Positions 1 to 8,485 of a stretch of DNA of 64,000 nucleotides are shown here, in pieces. Numbering within the stretch: position 1 is the first letter of the stretch; each line of letters begins with the position of its first letter. This DNA comes from a virus, in IMG/VR virus record IMGVR_UViG_3300027743_000025, positions 1-64,000 of that record. The stretch is one strand, 5' to 3'. Both the position numbers and the translations under genes were made by a program. The notes under the pieces were generated by a model. That model saw only the letters and a program-made list of their open reading frames with translations. It did no database searches and was not told the origin of the DNA.

Positions 1-13
1 ATCGGGACCTGCT

Positions 14-313
14 GTGAGTGAAGACAACCCGAACGCCGTGGGCGGCTACTGGGAGGACCACAGCAGCCCGACCGAGGGGAAGTGGATCTACACCACGGAG
101 CCATTCGAAGAGATCGCCGTGCTGGATCTTGGCGGTCCCGGTGGTCGCTGGAAGATCATCATGGAAGACTACAACGATGCTCTCCCAGATGCCATACCTC
201 CCATGTCAACCGCTGACCTGAAGCGATTCTCCGAGGGCATCCACTCTCTGGGCTACTACGGCAACATCCAGTGGGCGCGGGATGAGCGCGAGTCCGGAGC
301 CGGTTACATATGA
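14..313 (+). CDS. hypothetical phage protein
   Basis: 99 aa acidic ORF with GTG start and plausible codon usage; no recognisable domain. Confidence 0.6.
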   Translation: MSEDNPNAVGGYWEDHSSPTEGKWIYTTEPFEEIAVLDLGGPGGRWKIIMEDYNDALPDAIPPMSTADLKRFSEGIHSLGYYGNIQWARDERESGAGYI

Positions 314-427
314 GAGAGCCTTGGCTCTGGCTGTGGGCTTATCTGTTCTTCGTCATGCTGCTGGTGCTCACCTCTGCGCTCGAACACCTGCCGTTCCAGC
401 TTTTCCGGTGACCCATGCCACAAAGGG

Positions 428-457
428 TTGGCACTCGTTGACATAGGTTGGTAGTGT
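428..457 (+). promoter_or_regulatory. sigma-70/SigA-type promoter with tandem GTTGGC-N4-GTTGAC repeat
   Basis: TTGGCA-N18-TAGTGT upstream of ORF 497. Confidence 0.6.
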
Positions 458-496
458 TCCTGGTGTAAGCAAGTCAACCACCACCACGGAGCACTC

Positions 497-1132
497 ATGA
501 ACAAGAACACAAAGGCGGCCGGCATCGGCGTTGCCGCTGGCACCTTCACTGCCGCGCTGTTCGGCGCTGGCTTCGCACTCGGCACCTCAGCCATGGCTGC
601 CCCTGCGCCCGTCGCTGCGCCGGCTCCCGTCGTCCAGCTGGCCTCGGACGGAACCTGCCCGGTTCCCCCCACCCTGACGACGGCGCCGACCAGCGGAAAG
701 CCGGCCCCGGCCGCCCCCACCAAGAAGATCGTCAAGAACGACAACCGGACGTGGAACGACAACCGGAGCTGGACTGACAGCCATGACGTGGTCAACACGA
801 TCACAATCACGGAGACCAAGACCATCATCAAGAACATCAACAACGACACCAGCACCATCACGATCATCAACAACTACCCGGCCCCGGAGCAGCCTCCGGT
901 GACTCCGCCGGTGGAGGAGCCCACTCCCCCGGTTGACACGCCGACCACCCCGCCGGTGGAGGACCCGATCACTCCTCCGGTGGAGGAGCCCACTCCGCCA
1001 GTGACTGAGGAGCCGCCGGCCACCCCGCCGGTTGACAGCGGTCACGACAACAACGGCAGTGGCAACGATGACCGGGGAATCCCGGGCGACACGACCGACC
1101 CCACCCACGGCAACGGTGGCGGCAAGAAGTGA
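497..1132 (+). CDS. secreted proline-rich repeat protein
   Basis: Sec-type signal peptide (SAMA), TPPVEEP-like repeats, GGAG RBS. Confidence 0.8.
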   Translation: MNKNTKAAGIGVAAGTFTAALFGAGFALGTSAMAAPAPVAAPAPVVQLASDGTCPVPPTLTTAPTSGKPAPAAPTKKIVKNDNRTWNDNRSWTDSHDVVNTITITETKTIIKNINNDTSTITIINNYPAPEQPPVTPPVEEPTPPVDTPTTPPVEDPITPPVEEPTPPVTEEPPATPPVDSGHDNNGSGNDDRGIPGDTTDPTHGNGGGKK

Positions 1133-1653
1133 AAATCCGAAACCTTCTCATGACCCTGCCCCTGATCGTCGGCGTCGGACTGGTGGTTGACAGCGCTCCA
1201 GCGGCGGCAGCTGCCAAGCCCCGCGTCGTGTGGGTGTACGTCCAGAACAAGGCCACGGCCACCAAGTACTGGCCGATCCACCGGGCGCTCCAGTTCGTGG
1301 ACAAGTACACGGGCTCAACGTTCCGGTATGGGAAGTGCCACGCTAACGCCAAGTGCATCACGATCAAGGAAGACTGGAAACTTGGTCCCACCTACGCGGG
1401 CATGACTAACTTCCGTGGCCCTTACGTGCAGCTCCGCAACGGGGAAACGGACTGGAGCAACCTCATCCAGCTCCAGCCTCGCCAGCGCTACGCAGATTGG
1501 AACATGCGGTATGACACCGTAATCCATGAGCTAGGCCACGCGATGGGGATCTACCAGCACAACGCCGACTCATCCCGGACCATGTTCTGGATGGTTCGTA
1601 GCAACGCCCCGTCGTTCAGCTGGGCCGAGCAGAAGATCCTTCGTAGGCACTAG
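1129..1653 (+). CDS. secreted zinc metalloprotease (metzincin, M10/matrixin-like)
   Basis: signal peptide; HELGHAMGIYQH motif plus downstream Met-turn (RTMF); GTGA overlap with upstream gene. Confidence 0.85.
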   Translation: MKIRNLLMTLPLIVGVGLVVDSAPAAAAAKPRVVWVYVQNKATATKYWPIHRALQFVDKYTGSTFRYGKCHANAKCITIKEDWKLGPTYAGMTNFRGPYVQLRNGETDWSNLIQLQPRQRYADWNMRYDTVIHELGHAMGIYQHNADSSRTMFWMVRSNAPSFSWAEQKILRRH

Positions 1654-1667
1654 GTTGAGCGCACGGA

Positions 1668-1699
1668 AACGGCCGGGGGAAACCCCGGCCGTTCTTTTT
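1668..1699 (+). terminator. intrinsic terminator between convergent genes
   Basis: AACGGCCGGGG-GAAA-CCCCGGCCGTT followed by CTTTTT. Confidence 0.85.
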
Positions 1700-1702
1700 G
1701 CG

Positions 1703-2059
1703 CTAGTACGCCTTGCCACCCATTCCCGGTTCCGGAGCCGGCTGAGGCGTCGGCTGGGGAGCAGGAGTCGGCTGAGGCGTCGGTTCCGGAGCAGTGGGCT
1801 GCTCGGGAGCCGGCTCAGTCTTAGTCACGAAAAGCTCGTAAGCCTCCTTCAAGGCATCGAACCTGGCCTTAGCGACCTTCTTCGCGACATTCTTAGCGTC
1901 AGAGCGGTCGTCGGCATACGCATCCTTGGCTGCCTCGAACTTCTCTTCCGCCGCGTGCTTCAGCGCCATGAGCTGGGCAACGGCGCCCGTAGGCGTCGGC
2001 TCCGGAGTAGTTTCCCCGTTCTCATAGTCGCTCTGCGCGTGCGCAGGGTTGTTACACAT
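1703..2059 (-). CDS. hypothetical protein with helical core and PEPTPQ repeats
   Basis: ATG at 2059 preceded by GAGGGGGTG RBS; real start is downstream of the track start. Confidence 0.7.
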   Translation of the reverse strand: MCNNPAHAQSDYENGETTPEPTPTGAVAQLMALKHAAEEKFEAAKDAYADDRSDAKNVAKKVAKARFDALKEAYELFVTKTEPAPEQPTAPEPTPQPTPAPQPTPQPAPEPGMGGKAY

Positions 2060-2110
2060 GTGATCTTCACCCCCTCTCAGATCTCTTATCCAGCATACCG
2101 GATACTCAAG

Positions 2111-2139
2111 TTGACGTACGTTGACACGAGAGCTATAGT
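2111..2139 (+). promoter_or_regulatory. sigma-70-type promoter with tandem GTTGAC-N4-GTTGAC
   Basis: TTGACG-N17-TATAGT. Confidence 0.8.
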
Positions 2140-2169
2140 AGGGTAGTACCCACCACCAAAGGAGTCGAG

Positions 2170-2376
2170 ATGCAGAACCTGGCCCACGTGTTCGTTGAGA
2201 AGTCTCAGGAAGAGATCGTGTCAACCATGGTCGCGCTAGCCAACCAGGCTCACGAAACATGGGAGAAAGCCAACCGGGACGGAGCAGCGGCCGGCTACCT
2301 GTTGGCCCTGCACTCTCGCTACCAGGCTTTCCAGATTTGTGCTGAGGTAGCGCAGGGTCTGGGAACCCGCGCATGA
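2170..2376 (+). CDS. hypothetical protein (paralog of 2561..2815)
   Basis: AAGGAG RBS; shared SQE(E/D)I...LAxQAxxxWExA. Confidence 0.8.
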   Translation: MQNLAHVFVEKSQEEIVSTMVALANQAHETWEKANRDGAAAGYLLALHSRYQAFQICAEVAQGLGTRA

Positions 2377-2561
2377 GCCAGTGCAAGTCTGAGCTGGTGG
2401 CCCCGTTCTACGGGGTTGACATCGCCCACCAGTGCACCTACGCAGCCAGCGCTCCCCCGCACAAGCACTACTGCGGGTGTGGGTATGAGTGGCGCGATGA
2501 CAACGTCATCACCAACGCGCCCGAGCAGGCAACCGTTACACCCAACACTAGGAGATTCTAA
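2373..2561 (+). CDS. small Cys/His-rich putative Zn-binding protein
   Basis: HQC...HKHYCGCGYEW; ATGA overlap. Confidence 0.75.
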   Translation: MSQCKSELVAPFYGVDIAHQCTYAASAPPHKHYCGCGYEWRDDNVITNAPEQATVTPNTRRF

Positions 2562-2815
2562 TGAGTAACCCCGTCCACCTGTGGGAGCGACTCTCGCAGG
2601 AAGACATCGCGTGTCAACTGGAGCACCTCGCGCGGCAGGCTGAGGCCATCTGGGAAGAGGCTTCCGTCCAGGAAGAGATGGCCCCCACCATCCTGGCAGC
2701 TATGCGCGTCCGCGCGCACGAAACCAGGCAGGCCGCGCTGATCGCTGCCGGCCGGAACAACATCCTGCTGCACGTCAGCGAGCGTGAGGTCACGCGGGAG
2801 TGGGACAAGCAATAA
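2561..2815 (+). CDS. hypothetical protein (paralog of 2170..2376)
   Basis: AGGAG RBS, TAATG coupling. Confidence 0.8.
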   Translation: MSNPVHLWERLSQEDIACQLEHLARQAEAIWEEASVQEEMAPTILAAMRVRAHETRQAALIAAGRNNILLHVSEREVTREWDKQ

Positions 2816-2828
2816 CCAGCAGCACAGC

Positions 2829-2865
2829 AACGCGGCCCCGGTATCAAACCCCGGGGCCGCGTTTT
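2829..2865 (+). terminator. intrinsic terminator
   Basis: AACGCGGCCCCGG...CCGGGGCCGCGTT followed by TT. Confidence 0.8.
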
Positions 2866-2954
2866 GGTGTGCGCTCAACTTCACCATTTACTGGAGGATC
2901 CATGCCACCTCCTGCGCTCACCACTGTAGCCGGCCGGTATCTGGTTTGCAAGTG

Positions 2955-2983
2955 TTGACATCCTGCGTACTACCGGCTAGGTT
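2955..2983 (+). promoter_or_regulatory. sigma-70-type promoter for pilin genes
   Basis: TTGACA-N17-TAGGTT. Confidence 0.7.
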
Positions 2984-3033
2984 AGTCCTACACGCGGTGC
3001 CCGTCACCGCTCCACCTCACCACTGGAGTACCC

Positions 3034-3375
3034 ATGCTTAACCGCCTGATGAAGCGCTACGCCGACCTTCGCAAGAAGGAAGACGGCTTCACCCTGATCG
3101 AGCTTCTGATCGTCATCGTCATCTTGGGCGTGCTGGCCGGCGTCGTCGTCTTCGCCGTGTCGGGCATCTCCGACCGTGGGGCAGTGGCCGCTTGCAAGGC
3201 CGAGAAGAAGACAGTCCAGGTAGCTGTTGAGGCGTACTACGCCAAGACCACTCCTGGCGCCTACCCGACCCTGTTTAGCCAGTTGGTCCCCGGTCTGCTG
3301 CACTCCATCCCGGCCGGCCAGGTCGCTACGGACAACCCGGTGACGTTCGCTGACGCAGCCTGCCCCACTCCGTAA
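3034..3375 (+). CDS. type IV pilin (prepilin-type N-terminal cleavage/methylation domain)
   Basis: KKEDG/FTLIELLIVIVILGVLAGVVVF class III signal with E5; C-terminal Cys pair. Confidence 0.92.
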   Translation: MLNRLMKRYADLRKKEDGFTLIELLIVIVILGVLAGVVVFAVSGISDRGAVAACKAEKKTVQVAVEAYYAKTTPGAYPTLFSQLVPGLLHSIPAGQVATDNPVTFADAACPTP

Positions 3376-3451
3376 GTCTCCCCGTTCGTGGGGGTGGGTC
3401 GCGAAGGGACGCGCGGCTCACCCCCATTTTCCTACCACCAGAAGGAAAATC

Positions 3452-4900
3452 ATGAAGCGTCGTCTAGCTGACGACAGTGGAGCATCACTCATCATCGCCC
3501 TGATCTTTATCGTGGTTGTGGCCGTGGTGATGGGAGCCATCCTCACTCTTGCAGAGGCGAACCTGAGAACCACCTCGGTTGTGAAGGACCGGGCTGACAA
3601 GGATTACGGCGCCGATGGCGCTGCCAAGATCGCGATCAAGCAACTGGAGAATGACCACTACCTCGGAGGCGACTGCCCCGCGATGAGTGTGCAAGCCGGC
3701 TACGCCGTGCAGTGCGAGGTCGACGAGTTCAACTCCAGCATGGGGGACATCAACACTGTCAACCGGCAGGCAACCGCTCTGCTCGCGCTGGCTCCGGCCG
3801 GACAGGGTCTCTACTTCAACATTCAGGGCAACCCAGCTACACAGTCGATCAAGGTCAAGGGTGGGCTGTTCTCGCACTCTGACTTCGTGGTTGATCACGG
3901 ATGGCTGGACTCTCTCGGCCCGGTAACCGCGCGGGGTGACTGCCTGCTGCTTACTGCGCAGGCCAGGCTCACGGCTCCTAAACAGGACTGCAAGATCGGG
4001 ACCGTGGCCAACAAGCTTGGCAAGGACCCGAACTACTCTGTTCCGGCCGTGACCGGGGACGCCACCGTGCAGCCATGCACCAAGACCAAGAAGACGCCCT
4101 ATGTGGTGACGCCCGGAATTCTCGACGCTACCGACATGATCGCACTGAACAAACTGACCTCCAACCACGCCGACTGCCAGGATGTGGTGATCTGGCTCAA
4201 GCCAGGTGCTTACCAGTTCAACTCGGTATGGGAGATCAAGTCTGGCAAGGTGGTTGGTGGAGGCAGCTCCACACCTCCGGACACTGTGGATCCCAACAAG
4301 CAGGGATACTGCCCTGCGCCCATCCCGCTGGAGGGACAGGAAGCTACGTGGACTCCACCGGCTGCTGGCCTCGGAGTGACGATCACGTTCGGCCCATCGG
4401 CGCAGCTATCCATGGTGCCTACACCCTCCAAGATCACACCCTCCATGGAGCTGTGTGGCAACTACGAGAAGAACAAGCCGCCGATCGTGTTCTATGGTCG
4501 AACCGCTGCGCCGGAGACTCTGGCCATCAAGACAGACCCTAACTCAGACTTCCGCCTGTACGTTCAGGGAACCACGTACCTGCCCACATCCGTGATTGAC
4601 CTCCAGCTCAAGAAGGACGTGCTTCCGTTCTTCCGGTCTGGTATCACGGCTTACCGATTCCGCGTGGATGGCTTGGGCAACGCCAGCTCTGTTGAGCCAC
4701 TGGTGGAGACCCCCGACGCTGAAGGCACCAGCAACTCCGGCATGGTGTGGCTGGAAGTGAGGAGCACCGCTGACAACACCGTGCGGCTGCGGGCCAAGGT
4801 GTATTTCTACATGGCCAAGCAGACCGAGGATGAGCCGCCGGTTCCTATTGACCCGCCGAAGTACGCATCCAAGATCGTCAGCTGGGCAAACCAGCGCTAA
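3452..4900 (+). CDS. PilX/TadG-like large minor pilin
   Basis: DDSG/ASLIIALIFIVVVAVVMGAIL prepilin-like N-terminus lacking E5; beta-rich Cys-containing body; C-terminal IVSW. Confidence 0.75.
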   Translation: MKRRLADDSGASLIIALIFIVVVAVVMGAILTLAEANLRTTSVVKDRADKDYGADGAAKIAIKQLENDHYLGGDCPAMSVQAGYAVQCEVDEFNSSMGDINTVNRQATALLALAPAGQGLYFNIQGNPATQSIKVKGGLFSHSDFVVDHGWLDSLGPVTARGDCLLLTAQARLTAPKQDCKIGTVANKLGKDPNYSVPAVTGDATVQPCTKTKKTPYVVTPGILDATDMIALNKLTSNHADCQDVVIWLKPGAYQFNSVWEIKSGKVVGGGSSTPPDTVDPNKQGYCPAPIPLEGQEATWTPPAAGLGVTITFGPSAQLSMVPTPSKITPSMELCGNYEKNKPPIVFYGRTAAPETLAIKTDPNSDFRLYVQGTTYLPTSVIDLQLKKDVLPFFRSGITAYRFRVDGLGNASSVEPLVETPDAEGTSNSGMVWLEVRSTADNTVRLRAKVYFYMAKQTEDEPPVPIDPPKYASKIVSWANQR

Positions 4901-4914
4901 CGGTTGACACAGAC

Positions 4915-4947
4915 AAGGACGGCCGCTCTGGTGGGGCGGCCGTCCTT
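4915..4947. terminator. bidirectional terminator hairpin
   Basis: AAGGACGGCCGC...GCGGCCGTCCTT between convergent genes. Confidence 0.75.
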
Positions 4948-4954
4948 CTGTGCT

Positions 4955-5641
4955 CTAGAAGCGGTTCGGGAACCTGTTGATGATGCCGAGAGCGATGATG
5001 TCAGCCATCATCCCGGCGGCGTGGCTTTGCGCCATGTCGTAATCCCGGAGGCTGTCGACGTACTTGCCACCCAGCTCGGCCGTAGCCTCATTGATGGTCT
5101 GGCTGAGATGTACCTGCATGTAGTCGCGCATCGCCTGCTGAGGCCAGCGCTGGGGGTCCAAAGAGGACAGGAAGTCAGCGACCTGGTTGCCGTTGACTCT
5201 CCACGCTGAGATCGCTGCCGTGGTGGCCGGCCCGTTGTTGGCCTTCGCTGCAACCAGGATCGCTACGGCTCCGCCGATGTGGCTCTTGAGGAGCGCTGTC
5301 AACCGGGCACCGTTCAGGTCGCCGTAGAACGGCTTGATGCTGTCGCCGATGTCAACCTGATTCTGGAGCAGCCGAGCGGCCGTCGCGTTGAACCGGGAGT
5401 TCGGCTGAGCCTCGGAGAAGTACTCCACAATGGCCATTCGCGTATAGGCCACGTGGTCAAACCACAGCCTGCGCTGCTGCGCGCGGAATGCGAATTGAGC
5501 GCCGACGTTGCCACTAGGGGCGACGGTCACGTAGACGGTAGGTCCGGGGGTTGGATGCTTGGTGGTGATACTGCACGCCGCCGTGCCGCTGAGCGACACA
5601 GCCAGTACTCCAGCCACAAGCAAGGCTGAAATTCTCTTCAT
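4955..5641 (-). CDS. secreted (lipo)protein with His-containing helical repeats
   Basis: lipobox-like TAAC; LWFDHVAYTR, RLLQNQ, LLKSHI motifs recall a family of helical putative metal-binding proteins. Confidence 0.7.
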   Translation of the reverse strand: MKRISALLVAGVLAVSLSGTAACSITTKHPTPGPTVYVTVAPSGNVGAQFAFRAQQRRLWFDHVAYTRMAIVEYFSEAQPNSRFNATAARLLQNQVDIGDSIKPFYGDLNGARLTALLKSHIGGAVAILVAAKANNGPATTAAISAWRVNGNQVADFLSSLDPQRWPQQAMRDYMQVHLSQTINEATAELGGKYVDSLRDYDMAQSHAAGMMADIIALGIINRFPNRF

Positions 5642-5709
5642 GTTCCTGCCCTTTCGTCCGGGTTTCCGGAGCGTATCACGTGGTCTGGGTCACAAAGTAG
5701 CCCCGTTCG

Positions 5710-5738
5710 TTGACACCTGTTGAGAGACGAGCTAGTGT
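5710..5738 (+). promoter_or_regulatory. sigma-70-type leaderless promoter with tandem repeat
   Basis: TTGACA-N17-TAGTGT, ATG 7 nt after the -10. Confidence 0.8.
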
Positions 5739-5745
5739 TACCTAC

Positions 5746-5871
5746 ATGAACGACGACATCGAACTAGAAATCCCCGAGTGGGATGAGGACGACAAGGAGT
5801 GCGAGGGCCACGAGAGCCTGGCCGGCGCTTTCCACGGAGCCAGCTACTTCTGCGATGGGAGCTGCAAGTGA
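5746..5871 (+). CDS. 41 aa acidic Cys/His peptide (not in ORF track)
   Basis: MNDDIELEIPEWDEDDKECEGHESLAGAFHGASYFCDGSCK; leaderless start; GTGA overlap with next gene. Confidence 0.7.
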   Translation: MNDDIELEIPEWDEDDKECEGHESLAGAFHGASYFCDGSCK

Positions 5872-6065
5872 CCGCCCCTACGCCCACCCTGCCGTACCTG
5901 CGCCCCCGCACGAACGGCCACGTGCTCCACATCCCCCGGGAGCCCGGCCAGTCGGGCTGGCAGGCGGCCCTGTGCGGGACCGTGGGCCGGGAGCCGGATG
6001 TCTACCGCCGCGTCGACAAGGTGTGCCGGATCTGCACGGGAAAACTTCTCAACGGAAACTCTTAA
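5868..6065 (+). CDS. small H...CG...CxxC zinc-finger protein
   Basis: VLHIP...ALCG...VCRIC. Confidence 0.75.
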   Translation: MTAPTPTLPYLRPRTNGHVLHIPREPGQSGWQAALCGTVGREPDVYRRVDKVCRICTGKLLNGNS

Positions 6066-6140
6066 GAGGCTCCGGCCGGAGCCGATAGGAATCATGTAAG
6101 CGCGGGGAACACCCCGCCACCGAGGCCCCTTGGAGGAGCC

Positions 6141-6425
6141 ATGAACACCACCACCGCGATCGCCCCCACCGCCGCTGGTATCGCCGCCACCGTCAAGGCC
6201 GCGTACGGGATCCTGGCCCTGAACAAGCCAGAGCTGGACGTGGTGGTCATGGACTACTACTTCCCCGTGGCCGTCCGGGGTGCCAGCGTCCTGTGGGGCG
6301 AGGACAACGACGTGACCCTGGCCATCAACGCTGTCTCCCTGGCCGTGAAGGCTCAGAAGGACATCGACGTGATCCGGGAGGCCGTGGTCGTCGCTCTCGG
6401 GGAGCTGGCCCTGGCCACCGACTGA
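6141..6425 (+). CDS. hypothetical protein
   Basis: GGAGGAG RBS, good codon usage. Confidence 0.8.
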   Translation: MNTTTAIAPTAAGIAATVKAAYGILALNKPELDVVVMDYYFPVAVRGASVLWGEDNDVTLAINAVSLAVKAQKDIDVIREAVVVALGELALATD

Positions 6426-6432
6426 GAGCACA

Positions 6433-6466
6433 AAAGAGGCGCGGTCCCGGAAGGGGCCGCGCCTTT
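6433..6466. terminator. bidirectional terminator hairpin
   Basis: AGGCGCGGTCCC-GGAA-GGGGCCGCGCCT with A/T flanks. Confidence 0.75.
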
Positions 6467-6475
6467 CGCTTATCC

Positions 6476-6538
6476 CTAGAGGATCGCGATGAGCAGAACA
6501 ACCAAGATCACAATGAGCACTACACCAAGGATCCACAT
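6476..6538 (-). CDS. 20 aa hydrophobic micropeptide
   Basis: MWILGVVLIVILVVLLIAIL with strong GGGAGGTG RBS. Confidence 0.65.
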   Translation of the reverse strand: MWILGVVLIVILVVLLIAIL

Positions 6539-6552
6539 GTCAACCACCTCCC

Positions 6553-6948
6553 TTACTCAGAGATGATCTCCCCGTCAACGATGTTGTCGTCATCCGGGGC
6601 TGGTGGGGCCGGCTCAGCTGCCGGCCGAGCTGCGATCTGTGTCAACCGGTCCCGCAGGGCCGCGATAGCTCCGTCGTTCTGAGGGCCGCTGTCGTCCTGA
6701 TTCTCCACCGGGGCCGCCAGCCGCACGGCCACATCCACCCGCGCGGGCAGGCCCACCCGGTCCAGGACGGCCGTGGCGGCGTTCACCCTGGCCAAGTCGT
6801 TCCGCCCGTTGACCATCACGTCTGTGAGCGTGTCAACCGAGATGCCAGCTGCGCTGGCCAGGTTCAGCCAGGTCTCTCGCACCAGCGCGACCGCCTCGGA
6901 GAAGTTCGTCGGGCGCTGCTGCGGGACAGGTAGGTTATCGGCCGTCAT
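6553..6948 (-). CDS. hypothetical protein, terminase-small-subunit-like features
   Basis: RVNAATAVLDRVG and C-terminal IVDGEIISE resemble TerS-like phage proteins; ATGA overlap. Confidence 0.55.
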   Translation of the reverse strand: MTADNLPVPQQRPTNFSEAVALVRETWLNLASAAGISVDTLTDVMVNGRNDLARVNAATAVLDRVGLPARVDVAVRLAAPVENQDDSGPQNDGAIAALRDRLTQIAARPAAEPAPPAPDDDNIVDGEIISE

Positions 6949-7166
6949 GGAAACAGCGTACCGCCAGATGGGGGATGGGGTGGCGTGTCCGGTTCGCACC
7001 AATGCTCCACCACTGCTGCTGAGATCTGCTGCCACATCGGGATCAGCTCGTCGTTCACATCTTCAGCTGTCCGGCTGCCGGTTGCCACGACGATGGCGGC
7101 CGTTGCGCACTTCACCGAGTAGGCGTTCAGCAGGGCGAGGAACTCCGCGCGGGTCATGTCAACCAC
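6945..7166 (-). CDS. hypothetical protein
   Basis: coupled to neighbouring ORFs. Confidence 0.6.
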   Translation of the reverse strand: MVDMTRAEFLALLNAYSVKCATAAIVVATGSRTAEDVNDELIPMWQQISAAVVEHWCEPDTPPHPPSGGTLFP

Positions 7167-7414
7167 ACTCCCGTTGGCTTGTCCCCGTGGGCGAGCATCG
7201 CCAGGCCCTGGCCGAGGCAGGCCATGTCAACCGCGCTCATGTACACGCCGGGGTAGTCGTCTGTCACCTCTAACCGCCACACGCCGTCGTCGTACTTGGT
7301 AATCCACCAGAGCACGTCCTCAAGTCCCCCGCGCTGGTCAGCGGCGTGGAAGATGTAGCAGGACCGGTTCAGTTTCGTGGTGTGTTCCCAGTAGGGCGGC
7401 TTCAGCTCGGTCAT
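7154..7414 (-). CDS. hypothetical protein
   Basis: 86 aa ORF, first in leftward unit. Confidence 0.65.
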   Translation of the reverse strand: MTELKPPYWEHTTKLNRSCYIFHAADQRGGLEDVLWWITKYDDGVWRLEVTDDYPGVYMSAVDMACLGQGLAMLAHGDKPTGVWLT

Positions 7415-7448
7415 CCCGAGAGGCTAGCACGCGCGGTCGGGTGTGTGG

Positions 7449-7477
7449 TTGACACCTGTTGAGCTGGTGTGTACAGT
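7449..7477 (+). promoter_or_regulatory. sigma-70-type leaderless promoter with tandem repeat
   Basis: TTGACA-N17-TACAGT-N6-ATG. Confidence 0.8.
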
Positions 7478-7483
7478 AGAGAC

Positions 7484-7663
7484 ATGAGCGAGCTACTCCT
7501 CCGGTCCGTGAGCGGCAACCGGACCCACATCTACTCCCGCGAGACGGGCACGCGGTTCGGCCGCCGCTACATCGCGGTGTGCGGCGCGGCGATGTTCTCG
7601 TTGGCCGCAACCGGCCCGGTGGCAGACTGCCCCCGGTGCCTGGCAAAGAAGGGTGCAGCATGA
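7484..7663 (+). CDS. small H...CG...CxxC zinc-finger protein
   Basis: THIY...AVCG...DCPRC. Confidence 0.75.
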   Translation: MSELLLRSVSGNRTHIYSRETGTRFGRRYIAVCGAAMFSLAATGPVADCPRCLAKKGAA

Positions 7664-7875
7664 GCTACCAGTTCAACTACTTCCTAAGCAAGACCGGGCT
7701 GCTGCACAAGCGGGCGGCTGCGCCGGCCGGGGGTGAGACCCTTTGCGGGATAGCCGTGAGCGACCTGTTGGACGACTACCTATACCGCGTGGCCGAGGAT
7801 GGCTGGGCAGAGGGTTGGTTGGCCGAGAACCCTCACGATCTGTGCCGCAACTGCAAGGCGCAGGCTCATGCCTAG
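7660..7875 (+). CDS. small H...CG...CxxC zinc-finger protein
   Basis: LLHK...TLCG...LCRNC; ATGA overlap. Confidence 0.75.
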   Translation: MSYQFNYFLSKTGLLHKRAAAPAGGETLCGIAVSDLLDDYLYRVAEDGWAEGWLAENPHDLCRNCKAQAHA

Positions 7876-8026
7876 TGCCGAGCACGTCGACTACCCACAC
7901 CAGCCTGGCTACCTCTACGACTGTCCCGGCTGCGAGCTGGAGTGCAACTGCGTGCACATGCAAGATGACATGATCTGTCTACACTGCTCTATTGTGGTCA
8001 TCCGCGAGAGGGGCTCCAATGACTAA
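7868..8026 (+). CDS. small Cys-rich protein
   Basis: HVDYPHQPGYLYDCPGCELECNC...CLHC. Confidence 0.7.
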   Translation: MPSAEHVDYPHQPGYLYDCPGCELECNCVHMQDDMICLHCSIVVIRERGSND

Positions 8027-8255
8027 TCTCTACGAAACCCTGCACCTGCGCTACGAACGCGGCGCGTTCGTGGCAACGGTGGGGCGGCTCATTACCGGCA
8101 AGCGTCCGTACTTCATCAACATCGTCGACACCGGCACCGGGGATGAGACCTGCTACGCCTCAGACCTCTCTCGGGATGGCATGCGGGCGGCTGTCGCCCG
8201 CCTGCGGGCCGCCGGGTGGCGTTGGGCGCCGTCCGTGGGGAAGTGGGCGGGATGA
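8019..8255 (+). CDS. hypothetical protein
   Basis: GAGGGG RBS; overlap-coupled. Confidence 0.7.
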   Translation: MTNLYETLHLRYERGAFVATVGRLITGKRPYFINIVDTGTGDETCYASDLSRDGMRAAVARLRAAGWRWAPSVGKWAG

Positions 8256-8485
8256 GCGGGCGGCTTATCAACATCGAGCTGGAGCGCCACTCCATGTGGG
8301 AAAAAGAGGGGGACACGGTCAGCATCTACCGGGATCCGCTGGCCAACTACCCGCGCTACTACGTGCTAGAGCAGTCGTATGGGGATGAGCATTCGATCAT
8401 CACAGACCGGGATCTGGACCCGGCCGGGCTGGAGCGGCTGGCCGCGTACCTACGCGCAGAAGGTTGGGAGAGGTGGCCGCTGTGA
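8252..8485 (+). CDS. hypothetical protein
   Basis: ATGA overlap; C-terminus similar to that of 8019..8255. Confidence 0.7.
   Translation: MSGRLINIELERHSMWEKEGDTVSIYRDPLANYPRYYVLEQSYGDEHSIITDRDLDPAGLERLAAYLRAEGWERWPL

Noticed and set aside
880-1040. Tandem DNA repeats as VNTR/DGR element
   Set aside because: They encode Pro-rich linker repeats (also at 1720-1820); no reverse transcriptase or TR/VR pair was seen.
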